Source: an uncultured Halobacteriales archaeon (lineage in GTDB: Archaea > Thermoplasmatota > E2 > JACPAO01). Taken from it: a DNA stretch of 53,677 nucleotides. Below are positions 17,126 to 26,776 of this stretch, piece after piece. The DNA lies in contig CAYVGY010000003.1 of NCBI GenBank assembly GCA_964451065.1, positions 1 to 53,677 of the forward strand, in the 5' to 3' direction. The notes beneath the pieces were generated by a model, which saw only the letters and a list, made by a program, of their open reading frames with translations, had not been told where the DNA came from and did no database searches. A program made the position numbers and the translations under genes. How positions within the stretch are numbered: position 1 is the stretch's first letter; each line of letters starts with the position of its first letter.

Positions 17126-18475
17126 CTAGTGAAGGACGAAGCCGTGGGTCGGATCACTCAAGAAGCTGCAAACGCTGTACGTCGCGTTTCCCGCGGGGCT
17201 CGTGAGGAGGACGTAGACGTCGGCCGCCGGGTCCCAGTTGCCGCCGAACGTCACCGGGTCCGCCCATTCCTGAGGCAGCTTGTCGCCGAGACTGAGGGGC
17301 GATTGCAGGGTCGCCGAGCCGCAGAAGGCGAAGTACGGTTCGCCTCGTGCCCCGTTGGGGTCCAGGCCGTAGGGACTCGACGACGCGGGGTTGCCGCCGC
17401 ACCAACCGTCCGCGTTCAGGTCCTGGCAATAGCGGGCCCGGCTGGGGTTGTTGATGTCGTCGTTGATAGTCAGGTCGGCCTGTCCGAGGAGGTTGGGCAC
17501 GAGCTCGCCCGCGCACAGGATGACGGCGCCGACCTGGCGCTCGCCACGGACTGCATCGATTTCATCGGGCGGGCAGGCGTTGACCATCGTCCGGTTGGGG
17601 GTGAGCGTCCCCGAGGCGTCGCAATCGGAGGCCGCGAAATACTCGCGGGGATGTGCCTGCGCGACGTCTGCCAGGCCCATGCCCAACGCACCCAGGCCGA
17701 GGACAAAGAGACCGATTCGGGTTGACCTAGTCATCGTCGTCCCGCGCCGGCCGAGGAGGACGAGGGGCGCCGCAACGAGAGGGACGGATTGGACGGTTAG
17801 AGACACACCGCTCGCGGGACCCGCGGGCCCCGAGGGCGGGATTTCGCGTTCGCAAGGCGCCGGCGGTGGCGGCGTCGGGTAATGCTTCGCATGCTCGATG
17901 TGGGCCACGAGGAACTCCGGCTGCGTGACCTCCTCGGGGTGCGAGGCGCCCGCAAAGAGCTCGGCTTCGCCGGTCGGGCCGACGTAGCCCTGGCCCTCCT
18001 GCGGCGGGATCTCCCAGAGGGTCGTCTCCATGTGAACGCCCACGTGGTTGTGGGCGACGATCGGCGACTCGGTCTCGATGAAGACGTCGAAGAAGCTTGT
18101 GGCCGGGAAGCACGTTCCGGGCGTCATTTCCTCGACGAGGCCGAGCGTAGTCCTCGTGGGACTCTCGCTAACCTTGACGGTGCCGAACGAGCTGCTGACG
18201 CCCGCCAGTTGCATCTCGAGCATCTCGGTACGCAGCTCGTCGCGGCCGTTGCCGTTCGTGTCCCCGATGGAGGTGGCGAGGACCGTGGTCGGTCCGCTCA
18301 TCCATACGGTGTCGGTCACGTCCCGAACGTGGTCATGGACGATCACCATCGCGTTCGTCAAGGGGAATTGGTGGACGCCTTCGTACTGGTCGAAACAGCT
18401 CGCCTGTGCGTTCGACGTAGGGATCCCTAGACATGCAATCGTGGCCGCTCCCACGAAGAGAAGAAACTTCCTCAT
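17126..18475 (-). CDS. exported protein; one continuous ORF that looks like two exported proteins joined (second signal peptide at ATG 17734)
   Basis: The N-terminal signal is MRKFLLFVGAATIACLGIPTSNAQA. A Pro-rich linker plus hydrophobic anchor ...SVPLVAAPLVLLGRRG follows at aa 230-245. Then comes MTRSTRIGLFVLGLGALGMGLADVAQA and a Cys-rich domain. Confidence 0.55.
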   Translation of the reverse strand: MRKFLLFVGAATIACLGIPTSNAQASCFDQYEGVHQFPLTNAMVIVHDHVRDVTDTVWMSGPTTVLATSIGDTNGNGRDELRTEMLEMQLAGVSSSFGTVKVSESPTRTTLGLVEEMTPGTCFPATSFFDVFIETESPIVAHNHVGVHMETTLWEIPPQEGQGYVGPTGEAELFAGASHPEEVTQPEFLVAHIEHAKHYPTPPPPAPCEREIPPSGPAGPASGVSLTVQSVPLVAAPLVLLGRRGTTMTRSTRIGLFVLGLGALGMGLADVAQAHPREYFAASDCDASGTLTPNRTMVNACPPDEIDAVRGERQVGAVILCAGELVPNLLGQADLTINDDINNPSRARYCQDLNADGWCGGNPASSSPYGLDPNGARGEPYFAFCGSATLQSPLSLGDKLPQEWADPVTFGGNWDPAADVYVLLTSPAGNATYSVCSFLSDPTHGFVLH

Positions 18476-18837
18476 GTTCCGCCTCCGGTTTGGCGCCGCG
18501 AGGAACCCAAATGGAACGCTCGGTTAGTCGCTTTGGTGGGGCCTTGTATCTTGTTCGTGCGCACGATTCATTCCGTAAACGTCACGCGGTTCGCGTCCAT
18601 CGCGGGGAATGGCTAGTATGGAAACGTCGCGACCCGGAAAGGTCGACGTCGCCCGCACACGGTCGCATCGCCAGACGACGGTTTCGTCGCCGGCTGGCCA
18701 GAGGCCATCGGTGAAGGTCTGTCGCCGGATGTGACGCCAACCAGATTGGAGGCATACGGAGATGGCTTTCTTGCCCTTGGCCAGCGCCTCTTCTAACCCG
18801 TGCCGCCTCGAAGCCCTTTCGGAAACATGACCTGCGA

Positions 18838-19662
18838 CTACGCCGGGCGCGTCGGGAGGATGTTCCAACTGTTGGCGTCCATGCCTCCGTCCACCACGAG
18901 GACCGAACCGGTCACGTAGCTCGCGGCATCGCTGGCCAGGAAGAGGATCGCGTTTGCGAGTTCCTCGCGCGTGCCCAGGCGCGCCGCCGGGATCCGCGCG
19001 AGCGCGGGCTGGAGCAGGCCCGGACCTTCGAGGAGAATCTTCGAGCCGCCGGTGTCCGCGATCGCGCCGGGCGACACGGAATTGACGCGGATGCCGTGGC
19101 CGGCCCATTCGACGGCCAGGCTACGCGTGAGGTTCATCACGGCGGCCTTGGCGGCGCCGGAATGGCTGAGGTAGGGCGCGCCGGTCCAGGCGTACCCCGC
19201 GAGCACGTTCACGACCGCGGCGGGTCGCTTCTTGCGGACCCATTCTTTTCCGAAGGCGCGCGAGACGTTGGCCGTGCCTTGCAGCACGATGTTGAGGACC
19301 GTGTCCCACGCGTTCTCCGACATCTCGAGGAACGGGACGGCGAAGTTGCCGGCCGCGTTGTTGATGAGGATGTCCGCATCCCCGGCGCCCGCGAGGGCTT
19401 CGGCGGCGGCCTGCACGGCAGGGCGGTCGCGGACGTCGAGCGCCAAGGTGTTGGCCTTGATGCCGACGTTGGCCAGTTGGTCACGGGCGGCGCGGAGGTT
19501 TTCTTCCTTACGGCTCGCGATCGTCACACGGGCGCCGTGGCGGCCGAAGGCTTCGGCGACGCCGAGGCCGATGCCTTGGGATCCGCCCGTCACGAAGGCG
19601 TGGTGGCCGGTAAAAACGTCCGCGCGAAAAGGGGAGTTCGCCACGCCGGCCCATGGGGCCAT
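18838..19662 (-). CDS. SDR-family oxidoreductase (2,4-dienoyl-CoA reductase-like)
   Basis: The internal ATG 19662 of the track ORF gives MAPWAG.... Motifs present: TGGSQGIG (TGxxxGxG), NNAAGNF, and SGAAKAAV in place of YxxxK, as in the DECR/PECR group. Confidence 0.85.
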   Translation of the reverse strand: MAPWAGVANSPFRADVFTGHHAFVTGGSQGIGLGVAEAFGRHGARVTIASRKEENLRAARDQLANVGIKANTLALDVRDRPAVQAAAEALAGAGDADILINNAAGNFAVPFLEMSENAWDTVLNIVLQGTANVSRAFGKEWVRKKRPAAVVNVLAGYAWTGAPYLSHSGAAKAAVMNLTRSLAVEWAGHGIRVNSVSPGAIADTGGSKILLEGPGLLQPALARIPAARLGTREELANAILFLASDAASYVTGSVLVVDGGMDANSWNILPTRPA

Positions 19663-19731
19663 GGCGCGTATACCTTTGCCAAGACTGTCGACAACACGCT
19701 TATTAGCGGAAGGGCCGTGCCCGCGGCCCGA

Positions 19732-20634
19732 ATGGGAAAAACCGGCAACGGCCAAGCCCCGGTCCGCGTCGCCCTCATCCAGATGGCCATGGCGGCGGAT
19801 CCCAAGGCCAACGTCGCCAAGGCCGAGCAACGCATCGCCGACGCAGTCAAGAAGGGCGCCAACATCGTCTGCCTGCCCGAGCTCTATCGGAGCCTGTATT
19901 TCCCCCAAACCGAGGACGTCGAGAACTTCCAGCTGGCCGAATCCGCCACCACGGGCCCCTCGGCCCAACGCATGGCCGCGTTGGCCAAGCAGCACAAGGT
20001 CGTCGTCATCGTCCCCATCTTCGAGAAACGCGCCAGCGGCGTCTACCACAACAGCGCCCTCGTGTTCGACGCCGACGGCAAGGTCGCCGGCCACTACCGC
20101 AAGATGCACATCCCCGACGACCCCGAATTCTACGAGAAATTCTACTTCGCGCCCGGCGACTTGGGGTTCCCCGTCTTCGACACGAAGCACGGGCGCATCG
20201 GCGTCCTCATCTGCTGGGACCAATGGTTCCCCGAAGCCGCCCGTCTCGCGGCGCTGCGCGGCGCCCAGATCCTGTTCTACCCGACCGCCATCGGCCACCA
20301 CGAACACCTCGACGAGGCCACCATCAAGGAGCAGCGCGACGCCTGGGAGATCGTCCAACGCGGCCACGCCGTGGCCAACGGCGTCTTCGTGGCCTCCGTG
20401 AACCGCGTCGGTCAAGAAGGGAAGGTCAGGTTCTGGGGCCATAGCTTCCTCGTGAACCCCTTCGGCGCCTGGCGCGCGCACGCCTCCACCGATGACGAGG
20501 AGTTGCTCCTTGCCGACGTGGACCTCGCCGAGATCGACCGCGTCCGGCACGGTTGGCCGTTCCTACGGGACCGGCGCATCGACGCCTACGGAGCCCTTCA
20601 TGCCCGGTTCATCGATGAAGCCGCCAAAGAGTAG
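19732..20634 (+). CDS. aguB: N-carbamoylputrescine amidase (nitrilase superfamily)
   Basis: The E-K-C triad context is present (CLPEL, YRKMHIP, VLICWDQWFPE). The start at ATG 19732 gives MGKTGNGQAPVRVALIQM. The gene is adjacent to agmatine deiminase. Confidence 0.8.
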   Translation: MGKTGNGQAPVRVALIQMAMAADPKANVAKAEQRIADAVKKGANIVCLPELYRSLYFPQTEDVENFQLAESATTGPSAQRMAALAKQHKVVVIVPIFEKRASGVYHNSALVFDADGKVAGHYRKMHIPDDPEFYEKFYFAPGDLGFPVFDTKHGRIGVLICWDQWFPEAARLAALRGAQILFYPTAIGHHEHLDEATIKEQRDAWEIVQRGHAVANGVFVASVNRVGQEGKVRFWGHSFLVNPFGAWRAHASTDDEELLLADVDLAEIDRVRHGWPFLRDRRIDAYGALHARFIDEAAKE

Positions 20635-21688
20635 CCTCGGCCAGGCGCGGACCCCGCGCCTCGACGGCTTCCGGATGCCCGCCGAGTGGACGCCCCACGA
20701 GGCCACATGGCTCGCGTGGCCGTACGACCGCGTGACGTGGCCCAACCGCGTGCCAAAGGCCGAGGACGTCTTCATCCAGATGATGCGCGCCCTCACGCCG
20801 CACGAGCGCGTAGACCTCCTCGTCAAGGACGCGCGGATGGAGGAGAAGGTGAGGCCACGCCTGGCGGACGAGAAGATTGCCAACGTCACCCTTCACCGCA
20901 TCAAGTACGTGGATTCGTGGATCCGCGACTACGGCCCCACGTTCGTGCGGGACGGCGCTGGGAGAATCGCCTTCGTGGATTGGCGGTTCAACGCGTGGGG
21001 CAACAAGTACGACACGCTCCTCAAGGACGATGCGATCCCGCCGCTTCTCGAACCCATCCTGGGCGTTCCTCGGTACGAAGCTAACCTCGTGATGGAGGGC
21101 GGTAGCATCGAGGTGAACGGGGCCGGCGTCGTCCTCACCACGGAGCAATGCCTCCTCAACCCCAACCGCAACCCCGACCTTTCCCGGGGGCAGATCGAGA
21201 AGTCCCTGCGCGAGTTCCTCGGCGTGGAGAAGGTGCTCTGGCTCAAGGACGGCGTCGAAGGCGACGACACGGACGGCCACATCGATGACCTCGCGCGGTT
21301 CGTCGGCGAACGCACAGTCGTGGCGGCCGTCGAGGACGACCCCAAGGACGCCAACCACGCCATCCTGCGGCACAACCTCCAGCGACTCCACGCCTTCACC
21401 GACGCCCGGGACCGGCCCCTGGAGATCATCGAATTCCCCATGCCCGGCGAAGTGGACAGCGACGAGGGCCGCCTCCCCGCCAGCTACGCCAACTTCTACA
21501 TCGGCAACGGCGCCGTGCTCCTGCCGACGTTCGGCCACGCCAATGACGTACGGGCCCAGACCATCCTGGAACGCCTGTTCCCTGGGCGCCGGGTGGTCCC
21601 CATCCGTTGCGAGGACCTCGTCTGGGGCATGGGGACCCTCCATTGTGTGAGCCAGCAGCAACCCGCGGCCGCCCAACACCCTCGCTAA
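20600..21688 (+). CDS. aguA: agmatine deiminase
   Basis: FRMPAEWTPHEATWLAWP and the C-terminal GTLHCVSQQQP (catalytic Cys) are present. The start is ATG 20600 or 20615, overlapping aguB by 35 or 20 nt. Confidence 0.85.
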   Translation: MPGSSMKPPKSSLGQARTPRLDGFRMPAEWTPHEATWLAWPYDRVTWPNRVPKAEDVFIQMMRALTPHERVDLLVKDARMEEKVRPRLADEKIANVTLHRIKYVDSWIRDYGPTFVRDGAGRIAFVDWRFNAWGNKYDTLLKDDAIPPLLEPILGVPRYEANLVMEGGSIEVNGAGVVLTTEQCLLNPNRNPDLSRGQIEKSLREFLGVEKVLWLKDGVEGDDTDGHIDDLARFVGERTVVAAVEDDPKDANHAILRHNLQRLHAFTDARDRPLEIIEFPMPGEVDSDEGRLPASYANFYIGNGAVLLPTFGHANDVRAQTILERLFPGRRVVPIRCEDLVWGMGTLHCVSQQQPAAAQHPR

Positions 21689-21761
21689 GACGCTCCATTG
21701 GGCGATTCCGTCCATTGGGTGCAAGGTTTGACCTCCAACGGGAGGCTTCCGCGTCACACAA

Positions 21762-22019
21762 GTGCCAGAACCATCAAATACGGGTTCGGCCGCAGCTCCC
21801 GTCGTGATTGCGCCGAAGGTGTGGGACATCTTCCAGATGGTGTGGTTCAGTTTCGCCCTCATCCTCCTGGTCGCCTTCGCTTTCCGGATCATGTTCTACA
21901 CCGTGACGCTCTACGGCGCCCTGGCGGCCGCCGCGGTCTTCCTCGGCATCAACCTGATGATCCTCTACACGATCATCTACGCCACGTCGGGCCCCGGCTG
22001 GAAACGGTACTCCCCCTAG
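21762..22019 (+). CDS. small membrane protein (85 aa, 2 TM)
   Basis: Two hydrophobic helices (FQMVWFSFALILLVAFAF and ALAAAAVFLGINLMILYTII), an ATG start and an intergenic position. Confidence 0.45.
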   Translation: MPEPSNTGSAAAPVVIAPKVWDIFQMVWFSFALILLVAFAFRIMFYTVTLYGALAAAAVFLGINLMILYTIIYATSGPGWKRYSP

Positions 22020-22061
22020 GCTGCCAAAAGGGTTAAGCGGGCCCTCCTTTGAGGACGGGCC

Positions 22062-23057
22062 GTGCTCGTTCTCGGGATCGAATCCACCGCGCACACGTTC
22101 GGCGTGGGGCTCGTCGAAGAGGCCGAGCCGGGCCGCTGCCGCGTCCTGGCCAACCAGCGGCGCATGTTCGTGCCGGCCCATGGCGGCATCCACCCCCGCG
22201 AAGCCGCCAACCACCATGCCGAGGTGGCGGCCCCCACCGTCCAGGCCGCGTTCCAAGAGGCGGGATTTGGCGCCGGCGATGTGAACGGGATTGCCTTCAG
22301 CCAAGGGCCGGGACTGGGGCCCTGCCTGCGCGTCGGAGCCACGACCGCACGCACGCTCGCCATCGCGCGCAATGTGCCCCTCGTCGGCGTGAACCACTGC
22401 GTGAGTCACCTCGAGATCGGGCGAGGCCTCACCGGCTGCCACGACCCTCTGCTCCTCTATGTCAGCGGCGGGAACACCCAAGTCATCGCGTTCGCCAAGG
22501 GCCGCTACCGCGTCTTCGGAGAGACGCTCGACGTCGGCTTGGGCAACGCGCTGGACAAGTTCGCCCGCGACCAAGGGATTCCTTTTCCCGGCGGCCCCAA
22601 GATCGAAGAATTCGCCCGCGCCGGTTCGACCCTGCTGCCGCTCCCGTACACCGTTAAAGGCATGGACGTCGCCTTCAGCGGCATGGTTACAGCCGCCCAG
22701 GCCCTGCTGCGGGAAGGCCACGCCGTGGCTGACGTCTGCTTCAGCCTCCAGGAGACGGCCTTCGCGGCCGTCACGGAGGTGGCGGAACGCGCCCTCGCCC
22801 AGACCCAGAAAACGGAAATCCTGCTTGGCGGCGGCGTCGTCTGCAACGAGCGCCTCGCGGAAATGGTGCGGACCATGGCCGAAGCGCGCGGCGTCGCCTT
22901 CCACCGACCACCCAAGCCCTTGTGCGTCGACAACGGCGCCATGATCGCCTGGAATGGGCTCCTCGCGCTCCGCGCAGGCGCGTCGACGCCCCTGGAGGCA
23001 TCCAATGTCGACCAACGGTACCGCACCGACCAGGTGGAGGCCGTATGGATGCCGTAG
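22062..23057 (+). CDS. kae1: tRNA N6-adenosine threonylcarbamoyltransferase Kae1
   Basis: MLVLGIESTAHTFGVGLV, the metal-binding HCVSHLE, LLYVSGGNTQV and VDNGAMIAW are present. Confidence 0.95.
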   Translation: MLVLGIESTAHTFGVGLVEEAEPGRCRVLANQRRMFVPAHGGIHPREAANHHAEVAAPTVQAAFQEAGFGAGDVNGIAFSQGPGLGPCLRVGATTARTLAIARNVPLVGVNHCVSHLEIGRGLTGCHDPLLLYVSGGNTQVIAFAKGRYRVFGETLDVGLGNALDKFARDQGIPFPGGPKIEEFARAGSTLLPLPYTVKGMDVAFSGMVTAAQALLREGHAVADVCFSLQETAFAAVTEVAERALAQTQKTEILLGGGVVCNERLAEMVRTMAEARGVAFHRPPKPLCVDNGAMIAWNGLLALRAGASTPLEASNVDQRYRTDQVEAVWMP

Positions 23058-23668
23058 GCGACCTCGTCTTCATCGGCGCCGAGGCGGAGGTCCGCCGGGG
23101 CCGCTACATGGACCTGCCCACGATCCAAAAGTGCCGACTTCCCAAAGCGTACCGGCGGCCAGAACTCGACGCGCGAATCCGCCGCGAACGGACGCGTCAA
23201 GAGGCTCAGCTCCTCATCGAGGCCGGCTCGGCCGGTATCCCCACGCCGCGCCTCTTGGACGTCCATCTCGGACAATCGACACTCCAACTCGAACCCATTG
23301 AGGGCGACCAACTACGCATCGTCCTCGAACGCGGCCCCCCCGAAACGCTGGACCTCTGCCGCGCATTCGGCAAGCTCGTGGGCCGCCTTCATGTCGCGGG
23401 AATCGTCCACGGCGACCTCACGACGAGCAACGTGATTCGCCGCGCGGACGAACTCGTCCTCATCGACTTCGGCCTGGCGCAGCGTTCCCAAGAATTGGAG
23501 GACCGCGGCGTCGACCTCCACCTCGTGGAGCGCACGTTCGAGTCGAGCCACCCGGGCCGGCCCGAACTCCTGGCCGCGTTCCGCGACGGCTACGCCGCCG
23601 AACTGCCGGAAGCGGCAGCCGTCTTCGGCCGCATGGACGACATCAAGGCGCGAGGGCGATACGCGTGA
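23045..23668 (+). CDS. bud32: KEOPS kinase Bud32
   Basis: ATG 23045 (13-nt overlap with kae1). The catalytic loop HGDLTTSN, DFGL and the small RIO-like size (207 aa) fit Bud32. Confidence 0.85.
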   Translation: MDAVGDLVFIGAEAEVRRGRYMDLPTIQKCRLPKAYRRPELDARIRRERTRQEAQLLIEAGSAGIPTPRLLDVHLGQSTLQLEPIEGDQLRIVLERGPPETLDLCRAFGKLVGRLHVAGIVHGDLTTSNVIRRADELVLIDFGLAQRSQELEDRGVDLHLVERTFESSHPGRPELLAAFRDGYAAELPEAAAVFGRMDDIKARGRYA

Positions 23669-24231
23669 GGCTCGGCTTCGCCACCGGGAACGTGGGAAAA
23701 GTCCGCGAGGCGCAGGCGATCCTCGCCCCCTTCGGCATTCAAGTCGAGAAGGTGAACGAACCCGTCGTCGAAATCCAGGCCGAGGCGCTCGATGTCGTGG
23801 CCCGAGCCAAAGCCGACGCCTTGATGCGCCGCGTCCAGCCGCCGTACTTCGTGGAGGACGCTGGGCTCTTCGTGGACGCGCTCCGCGGGTTCCCCGGCAT
23901 CTACAGCGCGTACGCGTACCAAACCATCGGCTGCCAAGGCATCCTTCGGCTCCTGGGGCCCTCGCGGCGCCGGGGAGCCGCATTCCGCGCCGTGGCCGTC
24001 CTCGTGGAATCGTCGGGCAGGTCGCGGTCGTTCGTGGGTGAGACCAGCGGCGTCGTCACGAACCGTCTGGCAGGACGGGGCGGCTTCGGGTTCGATCCCG
24101 TGTTCCGCCCGACGGGGAGTCGACGCACGTTCGCGCAGATGACGCCCGAGGAAAAATCGGAGACCAGCCACCGCGGCCAGTCCCTCCGCGCATTGGGAAA
24201 ATACCTGCAGGCAAGGCTTCGCGGCCGTTGA
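23665..24231 (+). CDS. rdgB: non-canonical purine NTP pyrophosphatase (RdgB/HAM1)
   Basis: FATGNVGKVREA, FVEDAGL, GFGFDPVF and SHRG are present. The GTGA start/stop overlaps bud32. Confidence 0.85.
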   Translation: MRLGFATGNVGKVREAQAILAPFGIQVEKVNEPVVEIQAEALDVVARAKADALMRRVQPPYFVEDAGLFVDALRGFPGIYSAYAYQTIGCQGILRLLGPSRRRGAAFRAVAVLVESSGRSRSFVGETSGVVTNRLAGRGGFGFDPVFRPTGSRRTFAQMTPEEKSETSHRGQSLRALGKYLQARLRGR

Positions 24232-24278
24232 GGCCGCCGACAAAGGATGAAGGGGGGAAGAGAGGAACCGTCGCCGAC

Positions 24279-24536
24279 CTACTTCGTCAAGAAGTACCAG
24301 GCGGCCTTGTCGCGGGGCACGCGCTTGATGATGCCTTTCTTCTCGAGTTCCTGGATCCATGCGAGCATCTGGCCCTTGGGGAACTTGCCCGCCTTCATGA
24401 TGTCGTCCGCCGTCTTGCCCTTGTCTGCCGTCGTCGCGTTGAGACGCTTCAGCACGTCGTAGAGCTTCTTCTGCTGGTCCGTCATCCCTTCCGGTGTTCC
24501 GGAAGGCGTGGAAGGCGTTTCACTCCAAGTGTCCAT
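24279..24536 (-). CDS. small winged-helix protein (85 aa)
   Basis: KKLYDVLKRL...KTADDIMKAGKFPKGQMLAWIQELEKKGIIKRV looks like a single wHTH. An alternative start is the Met at codon 18. Confidence 0.45.
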   Translation of the reverse strand: MDTWSETPSTPSGTPEGMTDQQKKLYDVLKRLNATTADKGKTADDIMKAGKFPKGQMLAWIQELEKKGIIKRVPRDKAAWYFLTK

Positions 24537-24693
24537 TGAGCATCACCCTCGCGGGGGATGGCCCGTATCGACGACAACCCCTTCATAACCGTTTCCCAAC
24601 AGAGCGAACGGGTGTCGCGTACCGTCCTTCTGCTCATTTCGCCCGTCCGACGCACGGGGGGCGAGACCTTATCTCACGCGCCCGCTCCAACCC

Positions 24694-25809
24694 GTGCGAA
24701 GCAACATGAAGGGCGAAATCGTCGCGTTCCAACTCGTGGACGTGGGGGGCACGTTCGACCTGGCGTTGCTCGCCCGCTCGCTGGCGGACCGCCAACCTCG
24801 CGAGGCGCCCTCGGTTGGCAAGGGGACGCCGCCCTACGTCGAGTTTCCTCGCCCCCTGGTCGTCCCCCACTCGCCCGTCACGCTGGAAACGGCGGCGGGG
24901 CCCGTCGAGGCCGAGGTGACGTTCCTGTATTTCCCCATCGGGGCCGTGAGCGTGCGCTTCCGGATCCCTGTCGAGGTCGCGAGCCTCGCCGAGCTTAGGA
25001 CCTGGAACCAGACGAGCGTGCGGCTGGAAGGCCAGAAGTTCGGCTTCGAGGCGGCGGCCCGCCTCCTGCTCGAACGCGACCGGTCATCGTGGGAGCCCAC
25101 GGTCCAGGACCGCTATACGAGCAAGCTCCTCCATGAATCGTACACCGTCTTCGCGTTCCGCGACGTCGGGGAGCCGCCAGCCGAGTTCCTCGAGCGGCAC
25201 GCGGCCGACGTCGCGGGGCTCCTTACTGGCGCGGACGCGACCCGCCTCCACGAGAAGGAGACGCGGGAGGCCCTCCGCAAGTGGTTCAGCTACTACGCCG
25301 ACGACCTCACGGTGGTCGACTGGGACGCCGCCTTCCTCATCGACCCCGACGCGGACTACGAAGACCTCCTCTTCGTCCTCGAGATCGCCAACCTCCAGCT
25401 TCTCCAGTTCCGCGCCTACGACGACTACCTCGACGACGTGATCGAGCGCGCCTACGACGAACTTGGCACCCTCTTCGCGCGGTCCCGCAGCAGCCCCGCC
25501 GCGCGGGAGATCTTCCACGAACTCAGCCTGCTGCGCATCGAGATGGCGGAGCTCGCCGACGAGGCCGACAACATCACGAAGTTCCTCGGCGATTGGTTCT
25601 TGGCCCGGGTCTACCAGGCGGCCCAGGAGAAGTTCCACCTCAACGATTGGCGGGCCACCGTCGACGACAAGCTCTCCACGCTCAACAAGCTCTACCAGCT
25701 GGCCCATGAGGAGAGCACCAGCCGCCGCATGCTCATCCTCGAAGTCCTCATCGTGCTCCTCTTCATCATCGACCTAGGCCTCATCCTCTACTTCCAAGTC
25801 TTCGGTTAG
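24694..25809 (+). CDS. Rmd1/YagE (DUF155) family protein with a C-terminal TM helix
   Basis: The C-terminal pattern NITKFLGDWFLARVYQAAQEKFHLNDWRATVDDKLSTLNKLY...LEVLIVLLFIIDLGLILY resembles DUF155 as I recall it. The family call is from memory. Confidence 0.55.
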   Translation: MRSNMKGEIVAFQLVDVGGTFDLALLARSLADRQPREAPSVGKGTPPYVEFPRPLVVPHSPVTLETAAGPVEAEVTFLYFPIGAVSVRFRIPVEVASLAELRTWNQTSVRLEGQKFGFEAAARLLLERDRSSWEPTVQDRYTSKLLHESYTVFAFRDVGEPPAEFLERHAADVAGLLTGADATRLHEKETREALRKWFSYYADDLTVVDWDAAFLIDPDADYEDLLFVLEIANLQLLQFRAYDDYLDDVIERAYDELGTLFARSRSSPAAREIFHELSLLRIEMAELADEADNITKFLGDWFLARVYQAAQEKFHLNDWRATVDDKLSTLNKLYQLAHEESTSRRMLILEVLIVLLFIIDLGLILYFQVFG

Positions 25810-25854
25810 CCCTGGCCGGAAGCATCGCGAAAACGTTAAGCGACCCCCCCGCGT

Positions 25855-26250
25855 ATGCGGGGTGTCTTGACGTACGAATCCCCCCCGCCCGTCCTGCGCT
25901 CACGAAACCGTGTCTTCGCCCACATTCTCCTTGTCCTAGCCGGCGCGTACGCCATCTGGTTCACCGTGGTCATGACGGGCGAACAACAGGGGTGGACCGA
26001 CGAGCCCGGCCTTTGGGCCTACACGACGACGCTCTCGTGGGCCCTCATCGGAACCATCTTCTTCGGCCTCGTCGCCATCTTTTTCCTCGCGCTCCTCGTC
26101 ACGCGCGAGTCCCCTCCCAAGACGTACATGCTGCCCGAGGAGGAACACGCGCCGGAGGCGTCGACGCCCGACTTCCTCGAGGGCGCAGCGGCGGCCGAGT
26201 CGGCGGAGGCGGAACCCTCGACCGAGGCTCAGTCACCCCCTCAGCCTTAA
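25855..26250 (+). CDS. membrane protein (131 aa, 3 TM, acidic tail)
   Basis: Hydrophobic helices are present (HILLVLAGAYAIWFTVVM, LSWALIGTIFFGLVAIFFLALLV). Confidence 0.45.
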   Translation: MRGVLTYESPPPVLRSRNRVFAHILLVLAGAYAIWFTVVMTGEQQGWTDEPGLWAYTTTLSWALIGTIFFGLVAIFFLALLVTRESPPKTYMLPEEEHAPEASTPDFLEGAAAAESAEAEPSTEAQSPPQP

Positions 26251-26311
26251 ATAAGAGAAGCCCTTAGCGGCGCCCTCCAGCCCCTTCAGGCTGGTCGTGC
26301 AGGCTCCACTC

Positions 26312-26767
26312 ATGGCGCGCATCCATGTCCACCGCCGCGGCAAGTCCGGATCCAGTCGTCCCGCCCGGACCCAGCACCCCAAGTGGTCCCCCCTGGGTCC
26401 CAAGGAGATCGACACCCAGGTCAACCAATTGGCCCGCGAAGGCAAATCGACGGCCCTCATCGGCGCCTACATGCGCGACCAGTTCGGGGTCCCCAGCGTC
26501 AAGACGGCCACCGGCAAGCGCATCGAGCAGATTCTCAAGGCCAACAACCTCCAGCCCCGCCTCCCCGAGGACCTTACCAACCTTCTCAAACGCATCGTCA
26601 ACCTTCAAGACCACCTGGCCCGCACGAAGAAGGACCACCAGAACGAGCGCGCGCCCGTGCTGCTTGAATCGAAGGTACGCCGACTTGCCAAGTACTACGT
26701 GCGCGTGGGCCGCCTGCCCGCGGACTGGAAGTATTCGGGCAAGACGGTCAAACTCTTGCTCCAATAG
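26312..26767 (+). CDS. rps15: 30S ribosomal protein uS15 (S15P/S13e)
   Basis: ATG 26312 gives MARIHVHRRGKSGSSRP and a C-terminal RLAKYYVRVGRLPADWKY, typical of archaeal S15. Confidence 0.9.
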   Translation: MARIHVHRRGKSGSSRPARTQHPKWSPLGPKEIDTQVNQLAREGKSTALIGAYMRDQFGVPSVKTATGKRIEQILKANNLQPRLPEDLTNLLKRIVNLQDHLARTKKDHQNERAPVLLESKVRRLAKYYVRVGRLPADWKYSGKTVKLLLQ

Positions 26768-26776
26768 TTCCCGCTC

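Noticed and set aside
18433-18714. 93-aa plus-strand ORF in the unassigned spacer
   Set aside because: Its first part overlaps the start of 17126..18475. The remainder is an extremely basic, low-complexity peptide with weak third-position bias. I kept it only as part of the unassigned-region finding.
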